A DNA stretch of 64,000 bases, from assembly GCF_030144855.1 (NCBI RefSeq), contig NC_082719.1, forward strand, positions 44,392,001 through 44,456,000, given 5' to 3'. The stretch is from Hypanus sabinus. Its lineage: Eukaryota. Below are positions 50,111 to 63,500 of this stretch, one piece after another. Under the pieces are notes generated by a model. It was given only the letters and a program-made list of their open reading frames with translations. It was not told the DNA's origin and did no database searches. The translations under genes were made by a program, and so were the position numbers. Position 1 is the stretch's first letter; the number at the start of each line of letters is the position of its first letter.

Positions 50111-50899
50111 CTCCACCAACTGGTTTTGACATCTATTAAACCAGGTATTTCAAACTGTAGCTAAACTAAGATATTCTTCATGGGACTGGACAACATCTGT
50201 TTATGGCTGTATAAATATTTCCTCTGGATCCCTGCCCATGTTGGGATTGAAAGAAACAAGGTGGCAGACATCCTAGTCAAGCAATCACTTAAAAGAAGGA
50301 TGTAAAATGAAGTGCTGGCTTTGCATAAAGGGCAGGTCAAAGTAATAAGTAAAGCATCTATTCAAGCACTGTGGCCACAAAGTTCGAATAAGGGAAAGAC
50401 AGGACAGCACTTATATGAAATTCAGAGGATGGAAGGAACTCAACTGGGTATGGAAGGAGGGAAGAAGTTACACTTACACATTTATATACTGGACAGACTA
50501 GGTTGAATAATTAATTCTTTATTCAGAATTTATATACACGATATGGGTATTTGTAGGAAGTATACTTGTCAAAAAACAGTGCAGCATATATACTTTTTAA
50601 AAACAATTCCTATGAAGTGTAAGGAAAATATCTAACTGCTAAATTGAGATTTTTTGGGAAGGACACAGTTTAGCACAGAATGTTTGTTACGATATCACTA
50701 CCGTTGTAATGTACATAAGTGCATATTTGACTTATGGGAAAGAATTAGACTTTTTGATATTATTTGAGTTTATTTTTGGGGGAAATTTAGCCAGAATACA
50801 CCCTGTTTCTCTGATTCAAACTCCAACTCAATAGGTGATAGTAATGCACTTTATATTGGTCTGACAAATGCCATTAAACTTTATAAGAAGAAGAATGGG

Positions 50900-51712
50900 G
50901 AACTGTAGCATTGCCAGGAAGAAGTAAAGAAGTAAGTAAGGTTTAGGAAGCAAACAGACTTTGAGGATCATAAAGAAGCCAGAAGAGAACTCAAAGGAAA
51001 TCAGGTAAGCCTGAAGGATCTATAAAGTTATTGGCAAGTTGAATTAGAGAGAATCCCAAGACCTTTTATAAATCAAAAGCAGGAGAGTAACTAGGGAGCA
51101 GGGAGCACTAAGGAGTATGTGCTTGGAAAGAGAGAATATTAGGCAAGGTCCTAAATGAGTACTTAGCAACAGTATTTGGGCGATGAAAGAAGCATGCTAA
51201 TTGGTTATGAAATTTCAAGTCAAAGGAGATAGTGTGGGGTGTCTTAAGGAACATTAAGGTGGATAAGTCTCCAGGGCCCTATGTGATATATCCCAAGTTT
51301 TTGAGAGACAAAAGATGAGATTGCTGGGGCCTTGACAAAGATCAATAGCCAAAGGCAAAGTCCCAGTGGACTAGTGCGCAGCTAGTATTATTCCATTATT
51401 CAAGAAGGGAAATGCCGATAATCTTGGAAACTTAACTACAAAATCTCACGTCAATGATAGGCAAGTTACCAGATGGAATTCCTAGAGATAGGATTTGTAA
51501 GCAATTAGAAAACTATGACCTAATTAGTAACAATCAGCATGGCTTTCTGTGGGGCAAGTCATATCTTACTAACTTGAGGAGGGGATGAAACTGATTGAAG
51601 GTAGAGCTTTGGAAGTCATCTACATGGATTTTACTAAGAACTTTGACAAGGTCCCTCAAGGGAGGCTCATTCAGAAAATTAAGCTGCTTGGGATCCTAGA
51701 TGAACGGGCCAT
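50900..51712 (+). mobile_element. Degraded CR1 fragment
   Basis: IKVDKSPGP; QHGFLWGKSYLTNL; YMDFTKNFDKVP. Confidence 0.8.
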
Positions 51713-52345
51713 AAAAGAAAATCAAAGAATTGTTACAAAGGCGAGAACCTATGTTCTATAATACAGGGTAGTTGATGAATCCCTGTAGTTCTTCCTCCTC
51801 TTCCCTGCCATTTTTTCCTCCCTCAGATACCTATCAATTTTCCTTTGGAAGTCAACAATTCTATTTCCGTACCCTTTGATGTTCGGGTCACGACTACTAG
51901 CTAACAAATTTATGATAAAAATTAAGTACACGTGCATACAAAAAACAAGACCTCTATCTACTGTTCTAAAGACAGCAATTCCAGCTAGTGCAGTTCATGC
52001 AAATAATCAACATTGCCATCTTCGGACTATCCTACCAATTCTTTCTTCACCCTTTCTGAAGCTTCTGCATTTTAGTAAAGGAATTAAATCATTTGTAAAT
52101 GGTCCAGATGGCAGATGAAAATTTCTTACAATAAGAGTTACCAGAATTTGGAAATATTCTGCTTGAATAAGTAGCAGCTGCTGAATTGATGAGTGGTATT
52201 ACAATGTTTTGGATAGGTACTTCAAAATAACTGAAAAATGTAAGAAGTTGACTTTGTATTTTGACTAAGCCTGATGATCTAAGATAGGGCTTGAAACAGA
52301 TGTCCTTTTTTCCTTTACAATAGTAAAAACTTCAGTGATACTCAC

Positions 52346-52459
52346 TTCACTGCATTTGGGTCCAGGGAAGCATAAAGGTAATACAGACATTTCATTCTTT
52401 CTTCTGTTTCCAGATTATACGGAACAAGATACTGAGCAAAGATTTTTTCCACCAACAAC
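52346..52459 (-). CDS. PDS5A: PDS5A exon 2/16 (114 bp)
   Basis: cctcag|G...AA|gtgagt; [38 protein letters not shown]. Confidence 0.95.
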
Positions 52460-52888
52460 CTGAGGAAATTGCATTAATTACATAGTTAATTTCAGTTTCA
52501 AAATACAAGATATGCATATTACATAATATTCTTATTACTCTGTACTAATTCCATTTCTATATCAGCTGCGTCAGCCTGTCTTTTAATCAAGAGCCCTGCT
52601 CCCCGCCCCCCCCACCCGCAAACCTGTAATTTTCTCCGACCAGATAAGCTCACGATGTGTGCACCTGGCCCTTAAGAAGTCACTTACTTTCATCTGTCCA
52701 AATCTGGACAGACTGGTTAAACTCTAAAACTTCAGATTCATTGTGCTAAACTTCTGTTGCATTTCTTTCCAGATGCCTCAATTTTTATCACTTACTGTAA
52801 TTTATCAATCTGAAGCTTGCATCAAATCACTTTATAACATTCTAGAGAAGCACCTCAGGATGTTTGAATATTTTGAAGGTGCTATATA

Positions 52889-54034
52889 CAGTGCCTAGAT
52901 AAAGTATTCATCCTCCTCCCCACCGAAGTTTTCATGTTTTATTGTTTTACAACTTTGAATCATAGTGGATTTAATTTGGCTTTTTGACATTGATCAACAG
53001 AAAAAGACAATTTCATATCAAAGTGAGAACGTGTCTCCACAAAGTGATCTAAATTAGTTACAAATATAAAATACAAAATAATTGATTACATAAGTATTCA
53101 CCCCCTTCACATCAGTATTTAGTAGATGCACCTTTGGCAGCATTTACAGCCTTCGAAAGGTCTCCAAAAGCTTTGCACATCTCGATAGTGCAGTTTTTAC
53201 AAAATTGTACAAGCTCTGTCATATCGCATGGGGATTGTGAGTGAACAGCCCTTTTCAAGTCCAGCCAAAAACTGAGTTTGTTTCATCTGAGCTTTCATTT
53301 CAGTTTTTTTGTGGCTTTCTCTTTGCCACTTTCCCATAAAGCTGTGACTGACGAAGCACCCAGGCAACAACGTATAAGCAGTCCCTCCAATCTCAGCCAC
53401 TGAAGCTTGTAAAACCGCCAGAGCTGTCTCTTGGTGGCCTCCCTCACTAGCCCCTTCTTGCACAGCCACTCAGTTTTTGAGGTCAGCCTGCTCTAGGCAG
53501 ATTTACAGCTGTGCCATATTCTTTCCATTTCTTGATGATTGACTTAACTGCACTCCAATGGATATTCAGTGACTTGTGCTTTTCAATAACCTTTTCAGGC
53601 AGTTGCCTGCAGTGTTCTTTTGTCTTCACGGTGTAGTTTTTGCCAGAATACTCACTTACCAGCAGTAGAACCTTCCAGTTACAGGTGTATTTTCACTACA
53701 ATCAATTGAAGCACCTTGACTGCATACAGATCTCCAAAAACAGATCTTCATTCATGTGTCTTCTAAAATCAATTGGCTGCAGCAGTGATTATTTGGTGTG
53801 TCATATTAAGGGGGGGGGGGGGGGGGAGTGAATACTTATGCAATTATTCTGTGTTTTATATTTTTGTAATTAATTTAATTCAGCTTGTAGAGATCTGTTT
53901 TTACCTTGATATGGAACAGTCTTTTTCTGTTGATCAGTGTCAAAAAAGCCAAATTAAATCCACTGTGATTCAATGTTGCAAAACAATAAAAGATTAAAAC
54001 TTCCTGGAGGGAGGAATAATCTTTAAAAGCACTA
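52889..54034 (-). mobile_element. Tc1 family B non-autonomous element with both ~210-bp TIRs
   Basis: TA|CAGTGCCT..AAGTATTCA left TIR with inner AAGTATTCA repeat (IR/DR-like); inverted copy at about 53825-54034; interior is the reverse complement of parts of 30295-31354. Confidence 0.9.
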
Positions 54035-54864
54035 CAAAACTTCTACAGAATTAAAGGTACCAAATTAACAAGAAATCACCTTTCAACCAGGGATTTTTAA
54101 CTTGCAGAGAAATAGAGCATTACCAGCATTAAGTTAACTAGTGTGAACTGTAAACTTTAAATATTTCATATAAGGTCCAGAAGGTGTGAAATGACTAAGC
54201 TATAAGAAAAAAGTAAAAAAACTTCCAGTAAGATGGTGGGACCAGCTTCTATGGGGTCAACAAAAGGCACTGCTGTCCTATTTAAACATTTTTGTGACGG
54301 TAAAATCCTGCTATACATTAAGAACTTAAGGTACTGCAGAGCCACCCCCTCAGCAAGTTGCTTGCTGGCAGAGAAAATGAAGGAATAACACTATCTCGTT
54401 TGGCTGTACCCATGTACGATCAAATAACAATTAAACTTGAATTGAAGAATGGGTTAATAGGTGGCATTGATGAATCAATAAGAAGCATCATGGAATTGAT
54501 GAGACAACAAAATATCTTCAATATCTTCCAGTTATTCTGAAAGACTTTACAACTGTAAGCCGTGCAAGGTTTGATAAATAGTAAAAAAGCAAATAATCTG
54601 TTCTGGCAATGTTAGTTCAAGAACAGGTGTTACCAGACCACCTGTTCTTCTTCCAAGAAGCCATGAAAATTTTACAACCACTTACAAAGGCAAGGAGGGC
54701 TATAGGTTATCACCTTATCCAAAAAGCTGGATCTTCAAAAATGACAAAAGACAGATAGCTACCACTCAATCAAAATGTATCTGTTGCATATTTGTCATTT
54801 TGCTAGCCTCCTGAGTTCAATCCACCAGTAGATTACAGTTCTGCAACTTCTGCAACTAATATTC

Positions 54865-54914
<50 letters not shown>
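54865..54914. repeat. (TAA)n microsatellite, about 16 units
   Basis: Directly visible. Confidence 0.97.
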
Positions 54915-56348
54915 GGGTATTTTTTCCAAATACCCTATCCATGCTGGTAGCTGGCTCCAAGGACAATTAGAAAGAAAATTTACAAATCTATCTATTGCCA
55001 AGTTTCTCTGCAATTTCTTCCAACTTTCTGAACACAGCCTTTCGGCTTAAGATGTCTTGTTTGCTCAGAGAAGGCACCCCTTATGCAATGCTGATACACT
55101 GTTTTATAACAAATTCTGCAAGAAGAAATATTTGCATTCAAAGAGCACTCTTCAGGATTTTATAGCAAGTACTTACAAGTTCTCCGCAGGCTTCCGTTAC
55201 TGTGAACTATTCATAACCTGGATAGCTTACAAGTCAGAAATTTGACTGAACAGAGTTTCTACGTGGCAGAAGATGCCTGTAGTCCTGCAGCAGCTGGCAA
55301 CTCCCTCTTGCTAGTTTTTCAAACACTTTTTTATATATACATACACCAGCCTTTCATAACCTGGGGAAGATCTTTACTGGACTGTACGCATTGTACAGTA
55401 GGAATTGTGCAGTATGTTTGCATCAGATAAGATCCACGAACAGCAATTTGATAATCAGGTAAACCAGGTTTTTCATTGCATATTCTCCGAACTACAAGGC
55501 TTCTGTTTATCAACTATTCTAAAAGACTGCATCGCTCTATGCAATGCTCCTGCAACACTTGGCATCAGACCAATCTCTGGAATGATGCAAAAGGTCTAAT
55601 GCAAAGGAAAGTAATAATGAACTAAGACACTGCTGGTAACAATATTCCCCTGTGAATCCTAACCTAACTGACATCTTCAATGTGCCAAATCCAGAATTAC
55701 CTCCACCTCATGTAGAAACACAAAATATACTTAACTTTTCATTTCAAGTTACAGCCACTACAAACCTTTCCTTCTAACTCCAGACCTCACAACAGCCTTA
55801 GCCATAAGCTTCAAGATATCTAAATAAACAATCAATTGGTTATTTTATCTCCACCTGAAAAGAGATCCTCGATCATCATTTGAAAAAAAACTAACCCAAT
55901 TTTGTGATTGGTGAAATATCCTGAAAAATGTACCATATTAAAGTATGCTTGTGCAAATTGCTGCTCCTCAGGTGGAGGAAGAACAGTCAGTGTAGTCACT
56001 GGAATAATATGAAGAAGTTTTGGGGGAGAAAAAAAACAAAGGTAAATCAACAGCCTGGGTTAATCAGTAAATGGACAAAATATATACATCTTATCTCCAC
56101 TATGTATCAAAAGGGACTGCTAACACAAATACCTCATGTTAAATGATGTGAATAACATAACTTGGTGAAAAATAGAACATGTAATAGCCTAGGTCATTTG
56201 CTCAGATGGCTTTCAGTACAAAGTGCTAAGCTTATCAATGTTTCCCAATAGGTCTGTATTGTAAATTTAACATAATCACTGAATAGTAATATAACAAACC
56301 ATCTTTTCTATTATATAGATTTTGAAATTAGCTACAAAATTAGATCCC

Positions 56349-58498
56349 TAAATACTATAAAAATGAATATTCTCCCTCGGTTACTCTTTTTTCTGGACTT
56401 TACCTGTAGAGGTGGATGATAATCAATTCAGGGAATGGGACAAATGGATTTCCTGCTTTATCTGGCAAGGAAAGAAACCTAGAATTCGATTTAACACCTT
56501 ACAGTTAGGGACGGAAGGAGGAGGCATGGCACTTCCTTGCTTGAGAAATTATTTTTATGCTTCACAGATAACTCCTCTGTTATACTGGTGTAATAAGGAA
56601 TATAAGGCTAGATGGAAGGAAATAGAATTTGGATTGATTGACAGTTTTCCTCTGCAGGCCTCAATAGCAGACAAAGGATTGATAGCCAAATTGGAAAAGT
56701 CTAAAAACAGCTGGATAAATCTTACATTAAAAGTATGGCAGAAGGTGGCTAATTTCTGTGGAATTAGTAACATGTTAAAACTTTTTAGATGGTGTGCAAA
56801 TGATACCGAATTTCTTCCCAACAGAGTAGATAAAAGATTTGAACTATGGATAAAGAAAGATCTTACAACCTATCTTTCATTTACACAGAAAAGAGTATTA
56901 CAGAGTTTCCAATCCTATTAGAAACATAGAAAATAGGTGCAGGAGTAGGCCATTTGGCCCTTCGAGCCTGCACCACCATTCAGTATGATCATGGCTGATC
57001 ATCCAACTCAGAACCCTGTACCTGCTTTCTCTCCATACCCCCTGATCCCTTTAGCCACAAGGGCCATATCTAACTTCCTCTTAAATATAGCCAATGAACC
57101 GGTCTCAACTGTTTCCAGTGGCAGAGAATTCCACAGATTCACTACTCTCTGTGTGAAGAAGTTTTTCCTCATCTCGGTCCTAAAAAGCTTCCCCTTTATC
57201 CTTAAACTGTGACCCCTCATTTAGGACAAACATGGCCTAGAACATAATGACTTTTTTAGGTACCTTCAAATACGACATTATGTTAACCAGAGTGGTAGAT
57301 ATACAGATTTATCAACAGTAGAATTAGAATTATTCAAGATTCTGAATTCAGCTTACAATTCAATGCCAAGTAAATCAATTTCTCGATTATACTATGTACT
57401 CTTACATGCTAAAAATGAAAACACATTGTATACTAAAGAGAAGTGGGAGAAAAAAGCGGGGTTGGTACTTTCAGAGGAGGTTTGGGGGAAAATATGCAGC
57501 TTTCAGTGGTCTTCGACTAACTCTTTGATTTGGAGAGAACATTGTTGGAAAAATATTATAAGATACCCCATATCAGGAAAAATATAAAGATACAAACGTG
57601 ACGTGTTGGAGAAGGTGCAGCTCCAAGGAGGCAAATCATTTCCATATTTTCTGGGATTGCCCTAAATTAAAGTTTATATTGGAAAGGTATTCATAGAACT
57701 TTAGGTCAGGTATTTAAGACCCAGATACCTTTGAACTTTGAGGCGCTCTATTTGGGACATGTACTGTTTTTGGATCAGAAGAAAGACATAAAGTTGCTAC
57801 AGGTCCTCTTAGCGGCAAGTAAGAAATCAATCACCAGAAAGTGGCTAAATCCAATATCACCTACATTAGAAGATTGGCATGAAATTATTTTGGAAATATT
57901 TAAAATGGAAAAGATGACCTACTCTTTGAGAATTCAAAAAGAAAAATTTAATCAAATTTGGAATAAATGGATTGAATTTATAACCCCAAAGCGAGCAGAC
58001 TTTGGTGGACTCTCCTAATGATTTATACTGCTTTTCTCATCAACACAGTAATATTGCTATTGTAAGCACCCTTGGTTCGATTGTTTACTGTTTTTTTTTA
58101 AAATAGGTAATTAACACAAGTAAAGGAAAAGATTTGGGAAAGGGGAAAAATTAAGTAAATAAGTACATAGGGATTGGATAATTATGTTTGGGGGTAGGAG
58201 CAAACATGAATGAGTTAGGATATAAAATCCTACAATGGTAGTTACATAGGGTTATATATATTATTTTGGACCAGAAGTAATGGTTCAGAAGAGATACATG
58301 GAAATTATTATTAATCCACTATTATTATTATTTTTCTTAACAATTATTGTCATTTCTTAGTCTAATAGGGTGGAATTACAACTGCACATAATTATCTATT
58401 TAAGTGCCTTATTACTTTTTATATTATCTCAATGTGTACTTATGAATGTATAAAAAATTATACATTAAAATTAAATTTTTTTAAAAAAATTAAAACAT
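56349..58498 (+). mobile_element. 5'-truncated L1 (second family) interrupted by CR1
   Basis: KMNILPRL..FIWQGKKPRI..GGMALP..DFFRYLQIR..CWRRC..HIFWDC..EKMTY; TSD AAATTAGATCCC at 56337-56348 and 58499-58510. Confidence 0.9.
56919..57221 (-). mobile_element. Well-preserved CR1 3' end inserted in L1
   Basis: RGHSLRIKGKLFRTEMRKNFFTQRVVNLWNSLP + tail cagccatgatcatactgaatgg..tttctatgtttct. Confidence 0.92.
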
Positions 58499-58557
58499 AA
58501 ATTAGATCCCATAAACAGATGTTACTTTGCACTTCAAAAGTATGTAACTTCACCTAC

Positions 58558-58709
58558 TTGTCATCAATGCTATTCTGGTAATAGATATGCAGCAGTTTAT
58601 CTTTGATCCAATTCACTTTCTGAGCAGCCTCTTTTCCAGCCTCTGCATGAAGGCAATACTTTTTGTATAGTTGAGCCAAGCCCATCATTGCTTCTTTACG
58701 TACCCGCCA
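58558..58709 (-). CDS. PDS5A: PDS5A exon 1/16 in window (152 bp)
   Basis: ttttaag|TGG...GACAA|gtaggt; [51 protein letters not shown]. Confidence 0.95.
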
Positions 58710-58814
58710 CTTAAAATACAAAAGAGAAATAAAAACATCAGTTGAATAATAGTATGGACTGTTTCTGCCTTTTCTTCAAATTGATTCTAATTTTACCATT
58801 TCTGTCGAGGCAGA

Positions 58815-58920
58815 TTGTATTTGTCTATTATTGTGACTTTGATCAGACCACATTTTAGGAGTAACTAATGCAGAAAACCAGGTAATTGCCAAAAGGTCAA
58901 TAAACTTTTTCTTACACCTG
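58815..58920. mobile_element. Tc1 family A TIR fragment (inverted relative to 534 and 20427 copies)
   Basis: Reverse complement matches cag.tg.aagaaaaagttt..tggtctgatc..aagtcacaata. Confidence 0.7.
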
Positions 58921-59521
58921 CAAATTCCGCTGCAAAATCATGTAGTGCAACTAGGTTTATTGCTGTAATCTGCAGACTAAGTTAATAGTTTCATGGAAGA
59001 ACTGTGAGAGATGGCGAAGTCACAATGAGGATATGTGCTTTCTTTTCCTTGGTCTAATAGGCCTGATACGAATTAAATCTGGCTCTTTTCAGAAAGTGAG
59101 CATCATAATGGGCTTATTATCAAAGCAAAATTTGAGTGATTATGGCATCCAAGTACATTGGTAAAACTATAATCAATGGGAGCAGAAGGAAAACTCTCCA
59201 TCAGCTGGTCATACTATACACAAAAGATGATGGTTGCAAGTGCTGCAGGCCAATCACCTCAGCCCTATGACACTGCAGTTGTTCTGAGCCCAACCATTTT
59301 CAGCTGCGTAATCAATAAATTTTGTTGCTGATGATTGCATAAAGTTTGGTTCCAAACTGTCAGAAAATGAAGCTTGCAGCAGCAAAACCTGAACAACAGT
59401 CGAGCATGGGCAAGCAACATTCATATCAAGCAAGTGGCGGGCAATGTCCATCTCAAGTAAGAGAGAACACAACCACTTATCCTTAAACAATCAATAATGT
59501 TACCACAGCCAAGTCTCTCAT

Positions 59522-60492
59522 CTTCCTACCTGACTGGCAGACCACAGTTTATGCGGCTTCAGAACTGTGTGCCAGATATGGCTAGAAGCAGCAGTGGGGC
59601 CCACAGGGACTATATTTGCTCCCTTCCTGTTTACCCTGTATACCTCGACCTTTAGATACAACACTTAATCATGTCATCTGTAGAAATTCTCTGATGACTC
59701 AGCAATAGTTGGGTGTATAAAGGGAGGATGGGAGGATGAATATAGGCCCTGGTGAAGGACTTTGTCAAATGGTGCAAGCTGAATCATCTGCAGCTCAACA
59801 TCAGTAAGACAAAGGAGATGCTGATGGACTTTAGAAAGACTAAGGCTATACTGCTCCCTGTTACTATTGATGATGAGGACATGGATGTGGTGAGGATTTA
59901 CAAATACCTGGGGGTTCACCTGATTGACAGACTTGAGTGGAGCACTAACACAAAGGCTATGTACAAGAAGGCCATACTCGCCTTACTTCCTGAGGAAACT
60001 GAGATCCTTTGGTGTATGCAGGTCTCTCCTTTACATGTTCTACCAGTCTTTTGTCACCAGTACAATCTTCTATGTGGTACTGTGCTGGGGGAATGGTGAT
60101 GCCAACAGGCTCAATAAACTGATTGGAAAGGCTGTTTCTGTTATAGGAGTCAAATTGGACATACTGGATACTGTGGTTTCTAGAACAAAGGACCTTACAG
60201 AAAACCCTGGCAATTCTGGACAACGTTTCTCTGAAACACCTAGGCTGAACAGAGGAGCACTTTTAGTAATACACTGTCAACTATGCTGCTCTAAAGAGCA
60301 CTATATTCTTACCCTGTTAGAGTGTTTGAGGTAAATTATTTTTTATGTGAAAGTGATGACCCCCTCCTATAAAACAGTTTGAGGTAAATTATTTTTTTAT
60401 TGTTTCTTACTTTTCTTCTAATATTTGTATATCTGCACATTTGTAATGCTACTCTGACAACTAATTTCCTTTGGGATCAATAAAATATCCAT
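59522..60492 (+). mobile_element. Rex1/Babar LINE inside an older CR1/L2-type remnant (about 59100-59520 and 60493-60660)
   Basis: APFLFTLYTS; KFSDDSAIVG; FVKWCKLNHLQLNISKTKEMLMDFRK; tail ttgggatcaataaa. Confidence 0.85.
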
Positions 60493-61449
60493 CAACATTA
60501 GGAGTCACCACCAACCAGAAAGTTAACTGTATCAGCCACAGTACATAAGGCAACAAGAGCAGGACAGAAGTTGTGTGATGTGTGCCTCATCTATGGACTT
60601 CCTTTTCCACACCTACCAGGGAGTCAGAGATCTGATGGAATACTTACTCACCAAGCATTAGTGAAGCCCAAGTTCTAATTAAAACTTTGCTTTACATTCA
60701 AATAATTTTCAATATATCAGAGAACTACTACTCAACAGAAAAACATTTAAATACACTTCATAAAAGAAAAGACTATTTGACTATTTGGGCAACAATACTT
60801 TTATTTCTTGCTAGCAAGCTGTGGGAAATTTTTTACCGAAATGTTTCTGTCGAACGTGAGGGTTTAATTCCATTCCCAAGCATCAATGTATATATTCATT
60901 GAGCCCCATGCAAGTAAGATTACATTTATACAAATAAAGCAGATGACAAACTGTAGACACTTAACTGTAACACAGCAATATTTTCCTTGAGCTATCATAA
61001 TGTAGCATTACATTTGTATAGTACAACTTGCAGTCACTATGACGTAAATTGAGAATGACTGAGTTTCACTCTACAACACAGGTTTATAATAATGGCAATG
61101 TAACAATTTACAGAAAGATTAGCACAAAAGTTTTCTAACCAAGAGTTAGTTGGTTTAGAGAAATGATAAATGAGACTATAGATCACCATGTATTCAACAT
61201 GTACACAGAAATGTGACAAAATGAGAAACAGAAAGACTTTAAAACTAGATCACACATTTTACACACCACAGATCCTGAGGAAACATTAAGTTGCTTCGAA
61301 GAAGAGAGTGGTTAAAAGAAGCAGGCAGGAGCAGTTGGCAAATTAGTGTGCCAACTAACAATGTCCTAAGGAGACATTGGATTGTGCATAATTAGGCACT
61401 TGGCAAGATCCAATTAAAAATAAGTTACGTTTCAGCGCAATGGACACTG

Positions 61450-63500
61450 TGAGTGGGGAGTTGAGGCTCTGACTCACCATCACTTAGGCAAGCAGAGGCA
61501 CAGCCTGAAGGTAGATTTTTAAAAAAATATTCTTTCTTTCTTTCTTATTGCACATTTAGAGCAGTGGGGATGCCATACAGGATAATGGAATGCTCGTCTT
61601 GCAGAATGCGCAAAAGCAGGGAGACCTCCAGGAAGTGAGAAATGCATTCAGCTGCAGTTTCTGACAGACTGTGAGGAGTTGGAGCTGAAACTGGATGAAC
61701 TTCAGATCATTCAGGAGGTTGAAGGATTGGTAGACAGGACATACAGGAAGGTAGTTACGCTCAAGATGTAGGATACAGGTAACTGGAACACCGAGAGGAG
61801 GGGAGGGATAGGTAGCCTATGCAGAGTACTCCTGTGGTTGTTCCCCTCAACAATTGCTTTGGTTACCATGGGGAAGTAGGATAACCCAACAGAGGAAAAC
61901 CACAGCGGTCAGGTCTCTGGCACGGAGTCGGCTCTGTGGCACAGCTGGAAGGGGGTGGGTGGGGGGAGAGAGAGAGGGGGTGAGCTGTAATGATAGGGAA
62001 GTTAATTGGTTCAGGGGAACAGCAAGGAGGTTCTGTGAATTAGAATAAGTTTTCTGCATAGCACATTGCCTCCTGGGTGTCAGCATTAGTGACTTCTTGG
62101 ATTGTCCAAGGCATTCTTAAGTAGTAGAGTGAGTAGCCAGGGCCACGATCCACATCACTACCTATCACCTGGGTAGGTGATGAGGTCCTGCAAAGCCAGT
62201 TCAGGGAATTAGCTGCAAAGTTAAAGAACAGAATCTCCAGAGTTGAGCCACATCCCAGTGAGGCCAGAAATAGGAAGGTGGTATAGTTTAAAACGTGGCC
62301 TAGAGATGGTGCAGAAAGGAGGGCTCCAGATTTTTGCATTGTTGGGCTCCCTTCATGGAGAAGGTGGGACTTGTATCCGAACTGGAGGGGTACTAATATT
62401 CTAACAGGAAAATTTGCTATTTCTGCACAGGGGTGTGTAAACTAGAGTTGCAGGGTTAGCAGAGTTAACCAGAGCGCCAGAACAAATAATAGTGGTTGTG
62501 GAGAATGTTGTTGTTAAGTCTACAGGAATCAAAATGATGGCCATTGTAGAACTAATGTTCTGAGCTGCATGTATGTAATGCAAGGTGGATAAGCTTATGT
62601 CATGGGTCAGTATGGGGAATTATAACATTGTAGCCATTAGTGACACTTGGTTGCAGAATGGGCAGAACTGGCAGCTCAAAGTTCTAGGGTTCTGTTATAG
62701 ATATGATAGAGCAGGAGGGATTAATGGGGAAGGGATGGTATTACCTTTCAGGGAAAATGTCACAACAGTGTTCATACAGGACACTCTGGAGAGCTTGTCC
62801 AGTGAGGCTTTATGGGTAGAACTGAGGAATAAGAAAAGTATGACCACGTTTACAGGATTATATTATAGACCGCCCGACAGTCCATGGAATTGAGAGAGCA
62901 AATTTGCAAAGAGATCACTGACTGTTGCAAGAAACTTAAGGATGTGATAGATGGTTATTTTAACTTTCCACATATTGACTGGGGCTCCCATACTGTAAAA
63001 GGGCTAGATGGGAAAGAGTTTGTCATGTGTCTAGGAAAGTTTCCTTAATCAGTACCAGAAGTCTCAACTAGAGCGTGTGTCTCTGCCCTGTCTCGTTTCT
63101 ATTAGGGAATGAGACAGGGCAGGTGACAGAAATTTGTTTAGGGGAACACTTTGGATCTAGTGATCATAATGCCATTAGCTTCAAGGTATTTATAGTAAAG
63201 TATAGGTCTTTTACTTGGGTTGTGATTCTAAATTACAGAAAGGGCAATTTTGATTATATCAGAAAGGATCTGGCAAGTGTGGACTGGGGCAGGCTGTTTT
63301 CTGGCAAAGGTGTACTTGGTAAGTGGAGGACTTCAAAATTTTGAGATTATGAGTTTATACATTCCTGTTAGAATAAAAAGGCAAGGATATCAGGTTACGG
63401 GAATCTTGGTTTTTGATAGATACTGAGGCCCTGGTTAATAACAAAACAATGTGCATAGCAAGTATAGGCAGGTAAGGACAAATGAGGTACTTGCAGAGTG
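61450..63500 (+). mobile_element. CR1 LINE 5' portion (ORF1 Zn-finger/zipper/esterase remnants + APE), degenerate
   Basis: MECSSCRM..ELELKLDELQIIQE; IVAISDTW; LYYRPP; FGSSDHN. Confidence 0.8.

Larger units (their letters stand above)
45255..50896 (+). mobile_element. I-group (Nimb-like) LINE with RNase H, heavily degraded, interrupted at about 47310-50110
   Basis: VPWWMDEC; PATWKLAVV..KSGKD..RPI; VAVFFDVEKAY; IYTNGSK (47283) and FLWIPAHVGIERNKVADIL (about 50220) RNase H halves; tail ..ggtgatagtaatgcac..aagaagaagaa. Confidence 0.75.
15044..58709 (-). other. PDS5A: PDS5A gene, internal portion: 16 coding exons (152,114,82,49,140,116,106,161,124,159,69,137,124,205,115,133 bp)
   Basis: All exons have AG/GT boundaries and compatible phases, joining into 662 codons from [13 protein letters not shown] to [12 protein letters not shown]. 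Diagnostic peptides ([55 protein letters not shown]) match PDS5A rather than PDS5B as I recall the human proteins. Confidence 0.93.

Noticed and set aside
15044-58709. Calling the gene PDS5B
   Set aside because: Most diagnostic positions over 14 exons are PDS5A-type.
20427-58920. Inward-facing Tc1 family A ends as a composite transposon carrying PDS5A exons
   Set aside because: The TIRs are diverged, lack clean TA TSDs, and exon order is ordinary; independent insertions explain them.
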